Shown here piece by piece: positions 26,637-38,797 of a stretch of DNA of 64,000 bases (its first letter is position 1; each line of letters starts with the position of its first letter). The notes beneath the pieces were generated by a model. It saw only the letters and a list, made by a program, of their open reading frames with translations. It was not told the origin of the DNA and searched no databases. The stretch spans positions 44,728,278 to 44,792,277 of the forward strand of contig JASCQW010000098.1 in assembly GCA_030264375.1 (NCBI GenBank), in the 5' to 3' direction. Position numbers and translations under genes: made by a program. This DNA comes from Carcharhinus longimanus. Taxonomy: Eukaryota.

Positions 26637-26760
26637 AAAGCAAATAACTATGGATGTGGGAATCTGAAACAAAAAAGACTCAAAATGTTAGATTCATTCC
26701 CTCTCCACAGATATGCTAGTGTGACCTGCTAAAATTTTGCAGCATTTTCTGCTTTTATTG
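26637..26760. mobile_element. Collapsed Penelope-like inverted terminal fragment
   Basis: aaaagcaaata.ct..ggatg.gggaatctgaaacaaaaa joined to gactcaaaatgtt...ctctccacagat...gcattttctgctttt. Confidence 0.55.
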
Positions 26761-26999
26761 TTAATGGAGATTGGTTAGGGAACAGGCAAACAACTCACTT
26801 GTGTGCCTCATACTTAAAAATCATTTTAAATTTAACTCTGGCCAGATTTTTCACCACCCCCAGTAACAAAGGGAAAGTGAGGGCTACGGGATGCAGAAGC
26901 TAAACACCTCTCCAATTACCTGCTGGAGCCAGTGTACCTGCTTCCCCAATCCACAGTGAACAGGCAACCTGCACACTCGCCCATCCTCCTGCTACTAGG

Positions 27000-27212
27000 G
27001 TGTCGAAATTTGCTGATGACACCAAGATTGGGGGAAAGGCAAATTGTGCGGAGGGTGTGGAGAGTCTGCAGANNNNNNNNNNNNNNNNNNNNNNNNNNNN
27101 NNNNNNNNNNNNNNNNNNNNNNNNNNNNNNNNNNNNNNNNNNNNNNNNNNNNNNNNNNNNNNNNNNNNNNNNCTACTCCTGCTCCTATTTCTTATGTTCT
27201 TATGTTCTTATG
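27000..27212 (+). mobile_element. Young CR1 spanning an assembly gap
   Basis: SKFADDTKIGG before the gap, (ttcttatg)n tail after it. Confidence 0.85.
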
Positions 27213-28315
27213 TACTCTTGCGACTACTCCTACTGAGACTACTGATCTCCTCCACAAGGCCTTCAAACTTTCTTCTCCTCTCCATCCAACCCTTCCAATC
27301 ACTCCTGATCCTAACATCCATTCTGCCTCCGACCCCAGTCTTCACATGTTTCTGTTTCCATTACCACTCCCCAGCCCTCCCCGATCTTCCCCAGCTCTAC
27401 CCTACTCTCTTACCACTCTCTGGTTCAAGTTGCCCATCTGCACAACAGCACAGCCAGCCTCTCAAACTGGCTGGCTGCAGCCGGAGACACAAAACAGTAA
27501 ACGGGTCCTCCCAATAAATCAGACAGAACATGTGGGAAACCTGTTCTTCTGACTTTCCTGACCTCAGACAGACTTCCTTGCTCCCTCCCTGCGTCTGAGT
27601 TAATATCCAGCCCAAGGAATTTGATACTGGTCACAAGATATCAAATATGCAGCCTCTATATGTGTGTGTCAGATACCTCTCCACTAGCACGCTAAACTAT
27701 AAGAAGCTGCTTGCTGGCTGACTCATAACTCACATCAGTGAAGTACTTCTGCTGGCAACATTGAGAGTGGGTGACAGGCCACTGAGGCAGTGCAAGAATG
27801 ATGTTAAACGTCTGTTTTTATATGGGAAGAGCTTAATTGAACTGATTTAACTTGCTGAAAAATGCAGCCTGTATTAACAATCGTGACCTGTATCATATTG
27901 CATTTTCACTTTGGAACAATGTTTCAAATTTCATAAATGAAAATGGACATTGGCAAAAAGGAAACAAGCTAACCAGATAATGGCTGGAGCAGCCCCATTC
28001 TGCATGAGTAGCATTTCATTAGCATTGTCACAGGGAAAGCCAGCCAGGAGGACATTTGTAAAGGCACTGTTGAGGAAGTACAAGCTAAATAAGATTACAT
28101 TTAATTATTCACTTCTGCAATTACTATTACGTTCAAAAAAACCCACTATTTTCTTTTCAGTTTTGATACCTGTAAATAAACTAGCACAAGACATGTATAT
28201 TTATAATTCTAAATTGTGCTGTGCTGGATCGTCTGCATGAATCAGCAAGGAACAACACTGAAATGTTTCTGTGGTATCTTGGTTTATCTGTGCCAATCAA
28301 ACACTACTCAATAGA

Positions 28316-28534
28316 TAAAAGTAAAATACTGCGGATACTGGAATCTGAAACAAAAACAGAAAATGCTGGAAAATCTCTGCAGGTCTGACAGCATCTGTGG
28401 AGGAAGAATAGAGCTAACATTTCAAGTCTGTCTCTGACAAAGGGTCTTCCAGACTCAAAACGTTGTCTCTATTCTCTCTCCGCAGACGCTGTCAGACCTG
28501 CTGAGACTATCCAGCATTTTCTGCTTTTGTTTCA
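28316..28534. mobile_element. Palindromic Penelope-derived short element
   Basis: ~80-bp inverted arms (28346-~28430 vs ~28450-28534) around ctgacaaagggtc. Confidence 0.75.
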
Positions 28535-30849
28535 CTAATTAATAGAACTGCTTTGAAACAATTTTGGACTGTCTTTTTATAAAACAGAAGTTGTAAGATA
28601 TTATTACAATCTGTTCAATTATAACAGGTTTCACTTTCAGGAAAAATCTTTTATCCAATATGCAGAGTTGTTTTAATTGGAAATGACAATTTTCATTTCA
28701 ATTTAAACTATGACTTTTTTTTAATGTAACTCTTAAAATGAGCACTGTTTTATGTGTTGAAATGGGTTTGCAAAATGTGCAGTCTTACCTTTATTGATCA
28801 TAAGATCATCAGGAAAGACAGTGCATTTACTGATATATTTATCAGTATCACAAAAACATGGGGGATCTCAGAAGTCAAGTAATGACACTGCTGATAAACC
28901 AGAAGTGTGAAACCAACAGGAGCAGAAGCACTTTTTTTTCCAATACATAAATCTGATAGGCATATAGCTTTGGAGTGGCTGGATGTGGAATGTATCCTGC
29001 TGGTAAGGAGGACTGACTACCTCATGGGCAGCATCTGAATACACTAAAATTTTTTTGGTTTGTCTTCTAAAAGGTTCAGTCATGTTTATTCTCTAAACTG
29101 GCATTTGGGTTCTGAAAGGAGCCCCATCACTTTGAGAGTAAATTGCAAATATTCAAAATCTTTGCAAATTAAAGGCTTACAATGACCTTAATATTAACAG
29201 CCCTATGACAGCTGGAGGGTTGAGAAAGAGGGGATTAAAATAAAATGAACATGGACACATCCCAACTCACTGTATTAGCATCCATTGTTATTTTTATGAC
29301 AGCAGGTTTTGTGACATGACAGGACAGTTCATTAACATATTCAAATTGGACAGTGTGATTGGGAGGCCGATTTAAATTTGACTGTTGCTGTGTGGGTTTC
29401 CCAGCTCCCAGGATATTTGGCAGAAAATAGATGAAGGCAGTTGCTGGCACAAGAAGATATATGCCATGTGGGGCAAGAGATCTGCCCCTTAAGGCCTCGC
29501 ATTAACTCATTGTTCTTGTCTTTGCCTATCATGGTCTTTCTCTCTCTTTCCCCCACTGCGAATACAGATTTCTCAGCCACCGCAACATCAAACCATGCTC
29601 CATGGTATGTTTGCAGCTGACCTTCTCTACAACCCTAAGATCCAGTCCAGCTTTCCCCATTCAGAATTGTCTCTCTCTGCTCATGTGCTAAGTCACGATC
29701 TCTGATCTCCCCAGTCCAGAATCCCATGGAATTCCAGAGACTGTCCTCAGGGGTCCCCAGCTTCAGCCTTTTCCAGGGTTTTCCCACCCACCAGCCAGTC
29801 TGGCTGTGCCTATCAGTGATATGGTTCCACCCATGAGGCCAATACGACTCTTCCCCTTTCATGGGGAGCAGATGTTTTCCTTGCCAGAGAGAACCTCCAC
29901 CAGCAAGGCCATAAAGTCAAGTGAGCCCAAGTGATTGAGCGCTGGGCTCACTAAAACACATGTAAATAAACGTTACCAAACATTATCTTAATTTATTTAG
30001 CCCCTTGCCTATTTACAGTGAAAGACTGACCACGCCGGAGTTCTCGCGAGAGCCGAGATCTCCAGTGTGATCCTGATTTCTCAGCTCAATGGGTGGGATG
30101 AGCCAGTAAAATCATGGCTGTAGTGTCCATGAAAATACCCAAACTAAAAGTGAAAGGATAGAGTTATGTGATGCACTGTCTACGTGAAGGAATAAAGCTA
30201 TTTGACATTAAACAACCAAAGTGGAAGATTTTTTAAAATATTTTATCGATAAAGTAATTAAATTGATGACTCTAGAAGTCAAAGTACAAAATATGGAGTA
30301 GATGTGAGGCATGAAATGTCGTATCCTTGGCAACTGAGACATTCAAAATATTCTGCTTCCCAAATTAATCAAATTCAGTGCGGCTTGCCTGCTCACTTGC
30401 TAATGCAGGTTTTAGTATTCTCTTAGCTTCCTTAAAACTATCTTATTTATATAATACAAAGAACATACCCTAACTACAGAAGGAACTTGAGATTCCAAGT
30501 CTTTGTGTTTGAATATTATATCCATTGTCCCTCTGATACCAATCAACCTCCTGGTATGTTTCACCCTCCTGAGAAGGGCATCCACAGGTCCTGTGTGCTC
30601 TGGTGGTAATTAAACCACAATGAGCTTTTCTGGCTTCACACACCCAGCTGGCAGATATGATGCACATTGTTCTAATGTGGAATATGCAAGTCCATTCATC
30701 ATACAACACTCACCAAAGAAAAAGCAATCTGTTATAGTAGGGCGGGTCAGCACCAGCATTATTTGAAACGTTGGGCACATAACTTGCACGTAAGGTCAAT
30801 TTAAAGAACTTGTGCTATTGTAAAGTGCCAGGATGTACTCTGATTCCAG

Positions 30850-31950
30850 AGAAATTATAGGAATTCCTGGATTTGTCGGGCAAATGTTATTGTATTATCA
30901 CAGGGAGGACAGAGGATCAATGACCAACTCACATACAGGCTGTGACAGGTGTGACAGCTTGTGGATCTCAAGATGGCAGGGAGATGGAGCAAAACTTTAG
31001 AGAGGGCAAGCTGTGATGCCCTTTGTAAAGTCAGAGCCAGATTCCTCCTTGCAACTTGACAGTGGCAGCAGACTATCTGCCAGGCCAGCCAATGCACTTG
31101 CCAATTTGTGAGCATGTCCACCAATAATCTCTTGCATGTCACACCATCAAGTTCTTCATCTGAGTCCCCTGTACCAGAACATGCCTGCAAACTTGCCGTT
31201 GGTGACATGGCAGCCAAACCATCCATTTAACCTTTAGCTTGGCTGCAACCCAATTGGGACCAAGACTCTGAATATGTAGGTTCCAAAGACCAGCCTCTCT
31301 GCAACACAGTTGGTGGTGTTAAAGGTCAGATCAAATGATGGGATTGCTTCAATCGATGCAGTGCTGCTGCTATCTCCTCACGCTCAAAAGGCTGATCGAG
31401 AGGCCTACTTCTGTTCCTAATTCCTATGTTCATACGTGTGCCTCTTGAGGTTACTGGGGAGGCAGCACTTCTTGTGTGCCTGAAAACAGGAAATGCAAAA
31501 CAGAAGGTTAGGTGAGAGAAGTGGGTTAGTGTGGAAAGCACACCATCTACAGCTTACTCATAATGATGGATAGCAGGATGAAGATAAGATGGATGTTGCA
31601 GAAATGCATAAAGAAGGATCTTAATGTTCTCAGGGATCCTGGAGCTCTGTTATGGTTGGTCCAATAACGCTGAGAGATGTCTTCTGTAGAAGACTCAGGA
31701 AATGCAGGCACCATTGTTTTCTGCTGGTTTTACCCTGCTGTTTTCTATTGTGTGCCACCTTGTCCTGCAAGATAGAATAAGGAATGTCAGTGATCGGATG
31801 GCATTGTGTTGGATGATGTGCATCCCTTTGCTGAATAGTTGGGGCTGTGTTTGTGCAAGAGGTGAAAAGTGAGAAGCTGTTGTGCACGAGAATTTGGAAG
31901 TGAATGTTCACTGCCAGCTCTTCCACATTGTGGGGCCTAATCTAGAAATT
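30850..31950 (-). mobile_element. Decayed PIF/Harbinger-associated Myb/SANT-like relic
   Basis: Minus ORF 31630..31926 has TQC...QDKVAHNRKQQGKT, resembling the QC.KK.NDL...EK.AHNRRE..KTGGG motif. Confidence 0.45.
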
Positions 31951-31964
31951 TCCCTGAGTAGTCG

Positions 31965-33220
31965 GAAAATAAGCTGTGAGGAGGATGCAAAGAGATAAAT
32001 GGACTGGTTGTGAATGGGAAAGAACGTAATAGATGGAAAATAATATGGAGAAATGTGAAGTTATCCACTTCAGGAGGAGCACTAGAAAATTGCTGTGAAG
32101 CTTTTTATCTTGCACTCATCACGACAAACGCATTTTCAAACAATCACAATAGTTTACTGTTAAACCAATCAGCACTCAATTTCTCTTGTCACATAAGATT
32201 GTTTGAAATTTGACATTGTTGCATTTGTTCTGATAATTGCAAGAATACTTTTTTTTAGCAATATTCAAGTTCTGTACTTAAAATAGAAACACAGAATGTT
32301 TTTAGATGGCGAAAGACTGGGGATTGTTCCAAGGGACCTGGAATGTCCTTGTACATGAATCACAGAAAGTTAACAAGCAAGTACAGAAAGCAATTAGGAA
32401 AACAAATGTTAGCCTTCATTACAAAGGGATTGGAGTACAAGAGTAGGGAGTCTTGTGGGACCTTATACAGAGTATTTGTGCAGTTTTGGATTTGGAGTAC
32501 AATCAAATATTCTAAACTAATTCCTGGCATGAGGGGATTTTCCTCCAAGGAGAGATTTGAGTAGTTCACCCATTTGCAGTCATTAGAATTCTTGGGTTTA
32601 CTGATACCGGGTCTTTGGGTGCAGATTCTGGACCTCCCAGGCCACCTGCTTGTGAGGACAGTCCTGGCCCCATACAGATCCATGGCCTCTTCCATCCTTT
32701 CCATCTGCACCACAACAACTAAGGCCTCCAGTCCCTGTGACCCAAGAGCCCTACTCTGCCCTACTGTTCCTTCTTTAGAGTTAATATTGAACATAGAACA
32801 GTACAACACAGGAACAGGCCCTTCAGTCCACAATGTTGTGCCAAGCATGATGCCAAATTAAACTACTCCCTTCTGCCTGCCCTTGGTCCACATCCCTTTA
32901 TTCTTTGCATATTAATTTGCATATCTGAAAGCCCCTTAAACACACTTACTGTATCTGCCTGCACCACCACCCCTGACGACATGCTCCAGACACCTACCGC
33001 TGTGTAAAAACCTTGCCCCTCACATCTCCTTTGAACTTTCCCCCTCTCACCTTAAGTGATGCCCCCTAGTATTTGACATTTCAACACTGGGAAAAGATTC
33101 TGACTGTCAAACCTATCTATGACTCTCATAATTTTATTGGCATCTATCAGGTCCCCCCTCAGCCTCCACCACTTAGAGAAAACAACCCTAGTTTGTCCAG
33201 CCTCTCCTTATTGCTCATTG
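31965..33220. mobile_element. CR1 fragments: plus RT C-terminus (31965-32560) and minus 3' end (32790-33220)
   Basis: MLAFITKGLEYKSRE motif. gaacatagaaca..tacaacacaggaacaggcccttc is a minus-strand tail. Confidence 0.75.
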
Positions 33221-33461
33221 GAGCAATAGTTTTCAGCAGTAGCCTCCTGTAATTCAGCACAGCTCCCCTTTAAGATGCGCAAGCTATTGGCGGATTGCAC
33301 CATACTCTATGAGTACTCTTTGCTGCACTCTGTGCTGAATAGGGACCATTCAGCCCAGTGCTATCTCTATCAGGTAAACCAGGTGGCAACAAATACATAT
33401 GGTGCCTACCTCCACCGGAATCAGCAGACATGTCAAGAATCATGGACCCTTTGCCCACTCA

Positions 33462-33812
33462 GGGAGACAGTGATATAGTGGTAATGTCACCAGACAAGTA
33501 ATTCAGAGACGTAGGCTAACACTGTGGAGAAACTGGTTCAAAACCCACCACAACAGCTGGTGGATTTTGAAATTCAATTCATAAAATCTGGAAGAACAAT
33601 CTAGTCGCAATAATGTTGACCGTGGAGCTATCATTGATTGTCGTAAAAACACATCTGCTCCACTGATGTTCTTGACGGAAGAGCATTTGCCATCCTTATC
33701 TGGCATACACCTGATTCCAGATCCACAGCAATGTGGTTGAATCTTAATTGACTCTGAAATAGCCTGGTGAACCACTCCATTCAGGGTAAGTAGAGATGGG
33801 CAACCATTGCTA
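33462..33812 (+). mobile_element. tRNA-derived SINE with tail related to the 25915-26562 LINE
   Basis: Head tagtggtaatgtcac...ggttcaaaaccc, body ccagatccacagcaatgtggttga, tail gatgggcaa. Confidence 0.7.
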
Positions 33813-34289
33813 GAAAGATAAAGAAAGAAAAAGAAATGGGACAAGCCAATTTTTAGCCCCTTGACTCCAATTGAGGTGGGCCTCCTGGACATCCTTGTTT
33901 ATAAGACCATGAGATCTTAATGGGAAGTAAAACACCCCCAGTCTCACAGCTAACATCATCTGATTCTTGTTAATTCTTATTCCCTTCTCAGTGGAATATA
34001 AGCATGTACATGAGTACACAAACCTCATACACAATATCTTGCAATATCTGCTTAAAGGTATCTCTTGGAGCCAGTATTCTAACATTTTCTGCTTCTTCTC
34101 TAAGTCTGCCAGCAGTACCTTTATCCAAGAAAAAGCTAACACTTCACAACATCTTGCATTCCTCACATCAAATTTGCAAGTAGTAATAATAGCAACTTGC
34201 ATTTGTTTAAATGTTGAAGATCATCCCAATCTATCTGAAGCCTTTTGTTAGCAATATCAGTGCTATCTGCTTTAACCACTACATGTAAC

Positions 34290-35000
34290 CAATAAGTTGC
34301 ACAATGTCCCCACTTTCTGTCCCTCTGTGTAAATAAATTCCTCCTAAGTTTGGATTTGATCTTTTAGAAGATGTCTTATATATATATGCCCCCTCACCCA
34401 TCCAAAGTGGTGACATTTTCCCATACCCTTTCTATTGAACTCTTTCAGAACATTCAGAGTCTTTTTCACATCTCTTCAGAGTATTCTGTTTCCCAGAGGA
34501 AGGAGATCCAACCTTCTCAGTAATTCCAGATAGCCATATTCTCTCAATTCTTGTAAACTTTTACTACACTCTCAGAGTTCCCACATTCGTAGAATGGAGT
34601 GTTTTTATGAGTGTAGAGAAGTGCTCATAGTACTCTATGTAATGCAACTAGTGTTCCATATAAATTTAATATTGCCTCCTTGTTTTTGTATTCTATTCCC
34701 CTAGAAATAAAGCCAAGTACTTTTCTTACACTCTTTGAGATCTTATTAACTAGGGTTGCCACATTTATTGATCATTATGTTTATCCCACATTTCTTCGCT
34801 CCTCCAACTTAATTTTTTAAATTTTCCAAGCCACACAAAGCTTTCTCATTCCCCTACTGAAAACTCTACTGCGCACTTTACTCAATTGAAGTGTTTTTGC
34901 TATTTTCCACCCACTCTGCAAGCTTGTTTGTATCTTCCTGTACTTTAATGCACTCCTCCACGTTATTGCCTCCGCTCTTTCCCCACACTTGTATATGCCT
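34290..35000 (-). mobile_element. Highly decayed CR1
   Basis: Reverse complement resembles a CR1 3' region (tattctattcccctagaaataaagcc). Confidence 0.5.
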
Positions 35001-36039
35001 CAAGATTGAACATCACACTTGTGATTGCTCAATAGCTATCATTTATTTGTATTTGATGACAAAATGCTTTGTCATGTTCCCTATGGGATAGCACTTCCTA
35101 CATTCTGACAGTCCACAAGCTTATCTCAACTCCTACCCCTTTGCTTTCTGTTTCGCAGTCACCTGGCATATGGAGGGCAGAATTTAATGTCACCTCCACC
35201 CCACCCACATAAGCCTGAGCCAGATTTGGAGGTAAGGGGTGCAATTTGATCAGGCAGGATGGCACAAGGTGGAGACAGTGCCAAGCTCCAGGCAGTGGGG
35301 ATGGAGGGCTGCCTTCCATCCGAGGGCTAATTTAGGCCATTAGGTAACCACTTAAGGCCACTTAAGGATCTTATCCTGCTACCTCAGATATTCATCCAGC
35401 AGTGGGAAGGGAACAGTCCTTTGATCTGGGTGCCTGATGGAGGAACCTGGCATTGGGGGAGGATGTCCCCGCAAATCTATCAATACCCTTCCCTCTTCCC
35501 GCACCTGCGCCATCTCCCAGCAACACCATGACACCCAGACTCACCTTTCTCCAGGGATCCAACAACAAAATGTCTATGTACAATGCCAGCAGTGACCACT
35601 GATTCTGGCTGCACTGTTGGTCCTGGACAGCTGCCAGCCTCTGATTGGCCAGCAGCTCTCAGAAGTGGGATTTCCATCCTGCTGAGGGCTTAATTTGACG
35701 TGAGGCCTGATGCTGTCCAAGTAAGTGCCTGATTATCTTGAAATACCATTGGGCCTCCTTTATTTTAGAGTTTGTATTGGTATTCCAGGCAACTATGATA
35801 TGCACACTGATATGGACCAATTTGGGCAGATGACCTGTTCCGGTGCTGTACACTCTAAATAATTCTATATCATGGGATATCATGCAAAGACTCATTTCAA
35901 AATAGTCTACTAAAGGCTGCACAATGTAATAAAGCTCACACAGGAACATTTACAACATCCTGAAAGAACTGCCAAAAATGTAAGTGCCGCATTATTCTGA
36001 CAGTTACCAATTTCCTGGCTTCTGCATGTTTGTTGACTC

Positions 36040-36312
36040 CGTGGTCAGCACTGCTGCCTCACAGTGGCAGGGCCCTGGGTTCAATTCCCGTTTGAGTCAC
36101 TGTCTGTGCGGGAGTTTGCATGTTCTCTCTGTGTCCGCATGGGTTTCCTCCGGGTGCTCCAGTCTCCTCCCACAGTCCAAAATGTGCAGGTTAGGTGAAT
36201 TGGCCATGCTAAATTCAGCCTCAGGTACTGGAGTGTGGCGACTAGGGGATTTTCACAGTAACTTCACTGCAGTGTTAATGTATGCCTACTTGTGACTAAT
36301 AAGTAAATAAAT
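36040..36312 (+). mobile_element. V-SINE subfamily with alternative tail
   Basis: Head plus V-domain, then ggagtgtggcgactaggggattttcacagtaacttcactgcagtgttaatgta...actaataa. Confidence 0.85.
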
Positions 36313-38035
36313 AAAATCTACCCCCACCTGAAACATGATCCTGTCTTTCATTTACCTCCAGAATTAACTGTTTCCCCACCATTTTTGTTCTGTGAACACA
36401 CAATAGCATTAAACATTGTCAACATCAGCTGTGTTTGGAGGTCATTGTGATAAAAGTAATATATAGGGTGACATTAATCTGAATACTTCAAGGTAAAGTG
36501 TGCCATTTTGCACTGAACTATACACAGTGCACTTTGACCATTAGTGAGCAGTACTCTCATCTTTATAAATGGTAACCAGTCAATGGTTCACTCAGAGGTG
36601 ATTCTGCTCATCACTCCCTGTCATATTCAAAGGCTTGGATTTTTCACCCTTGGATCAGGAATGCAGAGCCGGCACACTTCCTGACTCCACAAACTTGACC
36701 TGGGAGAAAGTGCCTCAGAAGTTGGAATTTTTGTTTGGGGTGGTGGGTGACATTCTCTGTGGGTCAGGCTGGGTGACCCCAGAACGAGAGCAGAGGCTGC
36801 TGGCTGAGGAGGCGAGATGGACGGAAGGCCTTCGCAGTGCACCAGCACTCTGTTGAAGTTATTTAAAAAATGAATAAAATTACAAAGAAACAGCCATCCA
36901 CCTCTCGCCCATCACATGCCCTCACCACCCACTGGGCACATGTCATGCCCCATCTGTGCCACTCCCTGCACCCACTCATCATCCAGTGCCCTTCATACAG
37001 ACCAATTATAAGTACCTTATACCTTCATACCACCCTGTGCCCAGCATACCCTGGGTGGAAATCACTAATCCCCATAGCCCTTTATAGTCTATATGCTAAT
37101 TTAGTGCCAACCCATGCCCCCCAACCACCACCTATGCCTTTAACCCTTCCATGCCAACTCACCTAGTATCCACTATGTGCAAACCTCAGGAGTCATGCTG
37201 ACAGAAAATAAAGTTGTGTCTATTAATTTAGAAAGAAACACACTGGTAAAGCATTCGATACATTGAAACTATATATAGCTAATCTCCAATGAAGACAAAC
37301 AAATCCACAAGGATCAGACTTACCAAATCTAATTGTGCACTTCCAGTTTCAGGCATGTACCTCACCAAAATCAGGTATGAGTGGAGGGAACTGCTGGTTA
37401 GTATGAGCTGTTCCTCCATGAACCACAGGTGTGCAAGTTAGAACTGGCCCCCTTCCCCTCCCACTCCGTGTGGAAATGGCAGGGGCCACTTTCAGTGCAG
37501 GACTTCCGAATGTGGTCCTTAGTTGGCGTTTCCCAAAGACTCCCCGTCTGCCCAAACATTCAAGCTGAAGTGTCCACTCAGAGTAAATCACTTGCTTCAT
37601 AAAATTAATCTAAATTGACTTATCAAAACAAGTTACTTTATTGGCCTATTATAGACTGCTTTAAACTTTTCCTTTCAAGTAATATTTTCTAACAATGATT
37701 TCCCTCCCATTGCCAGCAGTGTGACTGTAGAATTTGTTTGACTTCCTCAAGGCACACTATAATATTCTCATACTAAAATTGCTTGATTAGAAAAGTCAGG
37801 AAAATCATTTAATATATTCTGAAATGGATATTTTCCAGAAATAATCTGCTTTTCAGTTAGAAATAATTTGATACTTGTACACATGGAAATTTCTCAAAGT
37901 CCTTCACTCTGAGCTGTGAATTACCAGGCTGCTTCCCTTCTCTCATAACCTGGCAATGTTGCATACTTCCTGCCTGGACAGAGACCAAAAAAGGAAAATT
38001 TAATGAGGAGAATTGGCCACCAGTATTCACCTGAC

Positions 38036-38170
38036 CACTCTGACGAAGAGTATCTAGACTTGAAACGTCGGCTCTATTCTCTCTCCACGGATGCTGACAG
38101 ACCTGCTGAGATTTTCCAGCATTTTCTGTTTTTATTTCAGATTTCAGCCTCTGCAGTATTTTGCTTTTAT
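38036..38170 (+). mobile_element. Penelope-like terminal repeat with intact hammerhead-like core motifs
   Basis: CTGACGA-agagt-atctag-actt-GAAA-cGTC at 38040-38069. Confidence 0.7.
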
Positions 38171-38374
38171 CCACTTGATTTTCCTTTGTGTTGTGGCTGT
38201 CTAATTGTTCTAATACCTTATCTAAGTGGCTCCCCTGAGGCAGGAACAGAGAATAAAAAGTGCAGCCGGTTGTCAGAGATGAAACTGATAATGATGAGAC
38301 TGGGGGCACCTGGAAACAGAACCAGTAATCATGCTCCTTTCACCTTGCTGCTCTGTGCATCAGCCCCAGAGGCA

Positions 38375-38623
38375 TAGTGCCAGAGGATTGGAGGATAGCG
38401 AATGTTGTCCCATTGTTTAAGAAGGGGAACAGACCGGTGAGTCTTACTTCTGTTGTAGGCAAAGTTTNNNNNNNNNNNNNNNNNNNNNNNNNNNNNNNNN
38501 NNNNNNNNNNNNNNNNNNNNNNNNNNNNNNNNNNNNNNNNNNNNNNNNNNNNNNNNNNNNNNNNNNNGTGAAACATCGTGGGCCGAAGGGCCTGTTCTGC
38601 GCTGTAATGTTCTATGTTCTATC
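38375..38623 (+). mobile_element. Young CR1 spanning an assembly gap
   Basis: PEDWRIANVVPLFKKG..RPVSLTSVVGK and (ttctatg) tail. Confidence 0.85.
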
Positions 38624-38780
38624 AGAGAGGATTTTTCTGATAATGATATTTGAGCTACCTCTTGTTTCCACTTGTCCACGAAGGATGCCATAGCACAGCC
38701 GAGGAACCAGCTTTGCTAAGCGCTCCAAACATTCCTGAAAGAAAATAACCTGGCAACACTGCCTCAGTTGTGAAATACTG

Positions 38781-38797
38781 CACAGCAGATGGCGCTG
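38781..38797 (+). promoter_or_regulatory. Candidate CTCF site
   Basis: cacagcagatggcgctg matches the CCASYAGRKGGCRS core with one mismatch and retains its CpG. Confidence 0.45.

Noticed and set aside
26932-27552. 206-aa ORF
   Set aside because: Inflated by a 100-N gap and made of CR1 ends plus low-complexity sequence.
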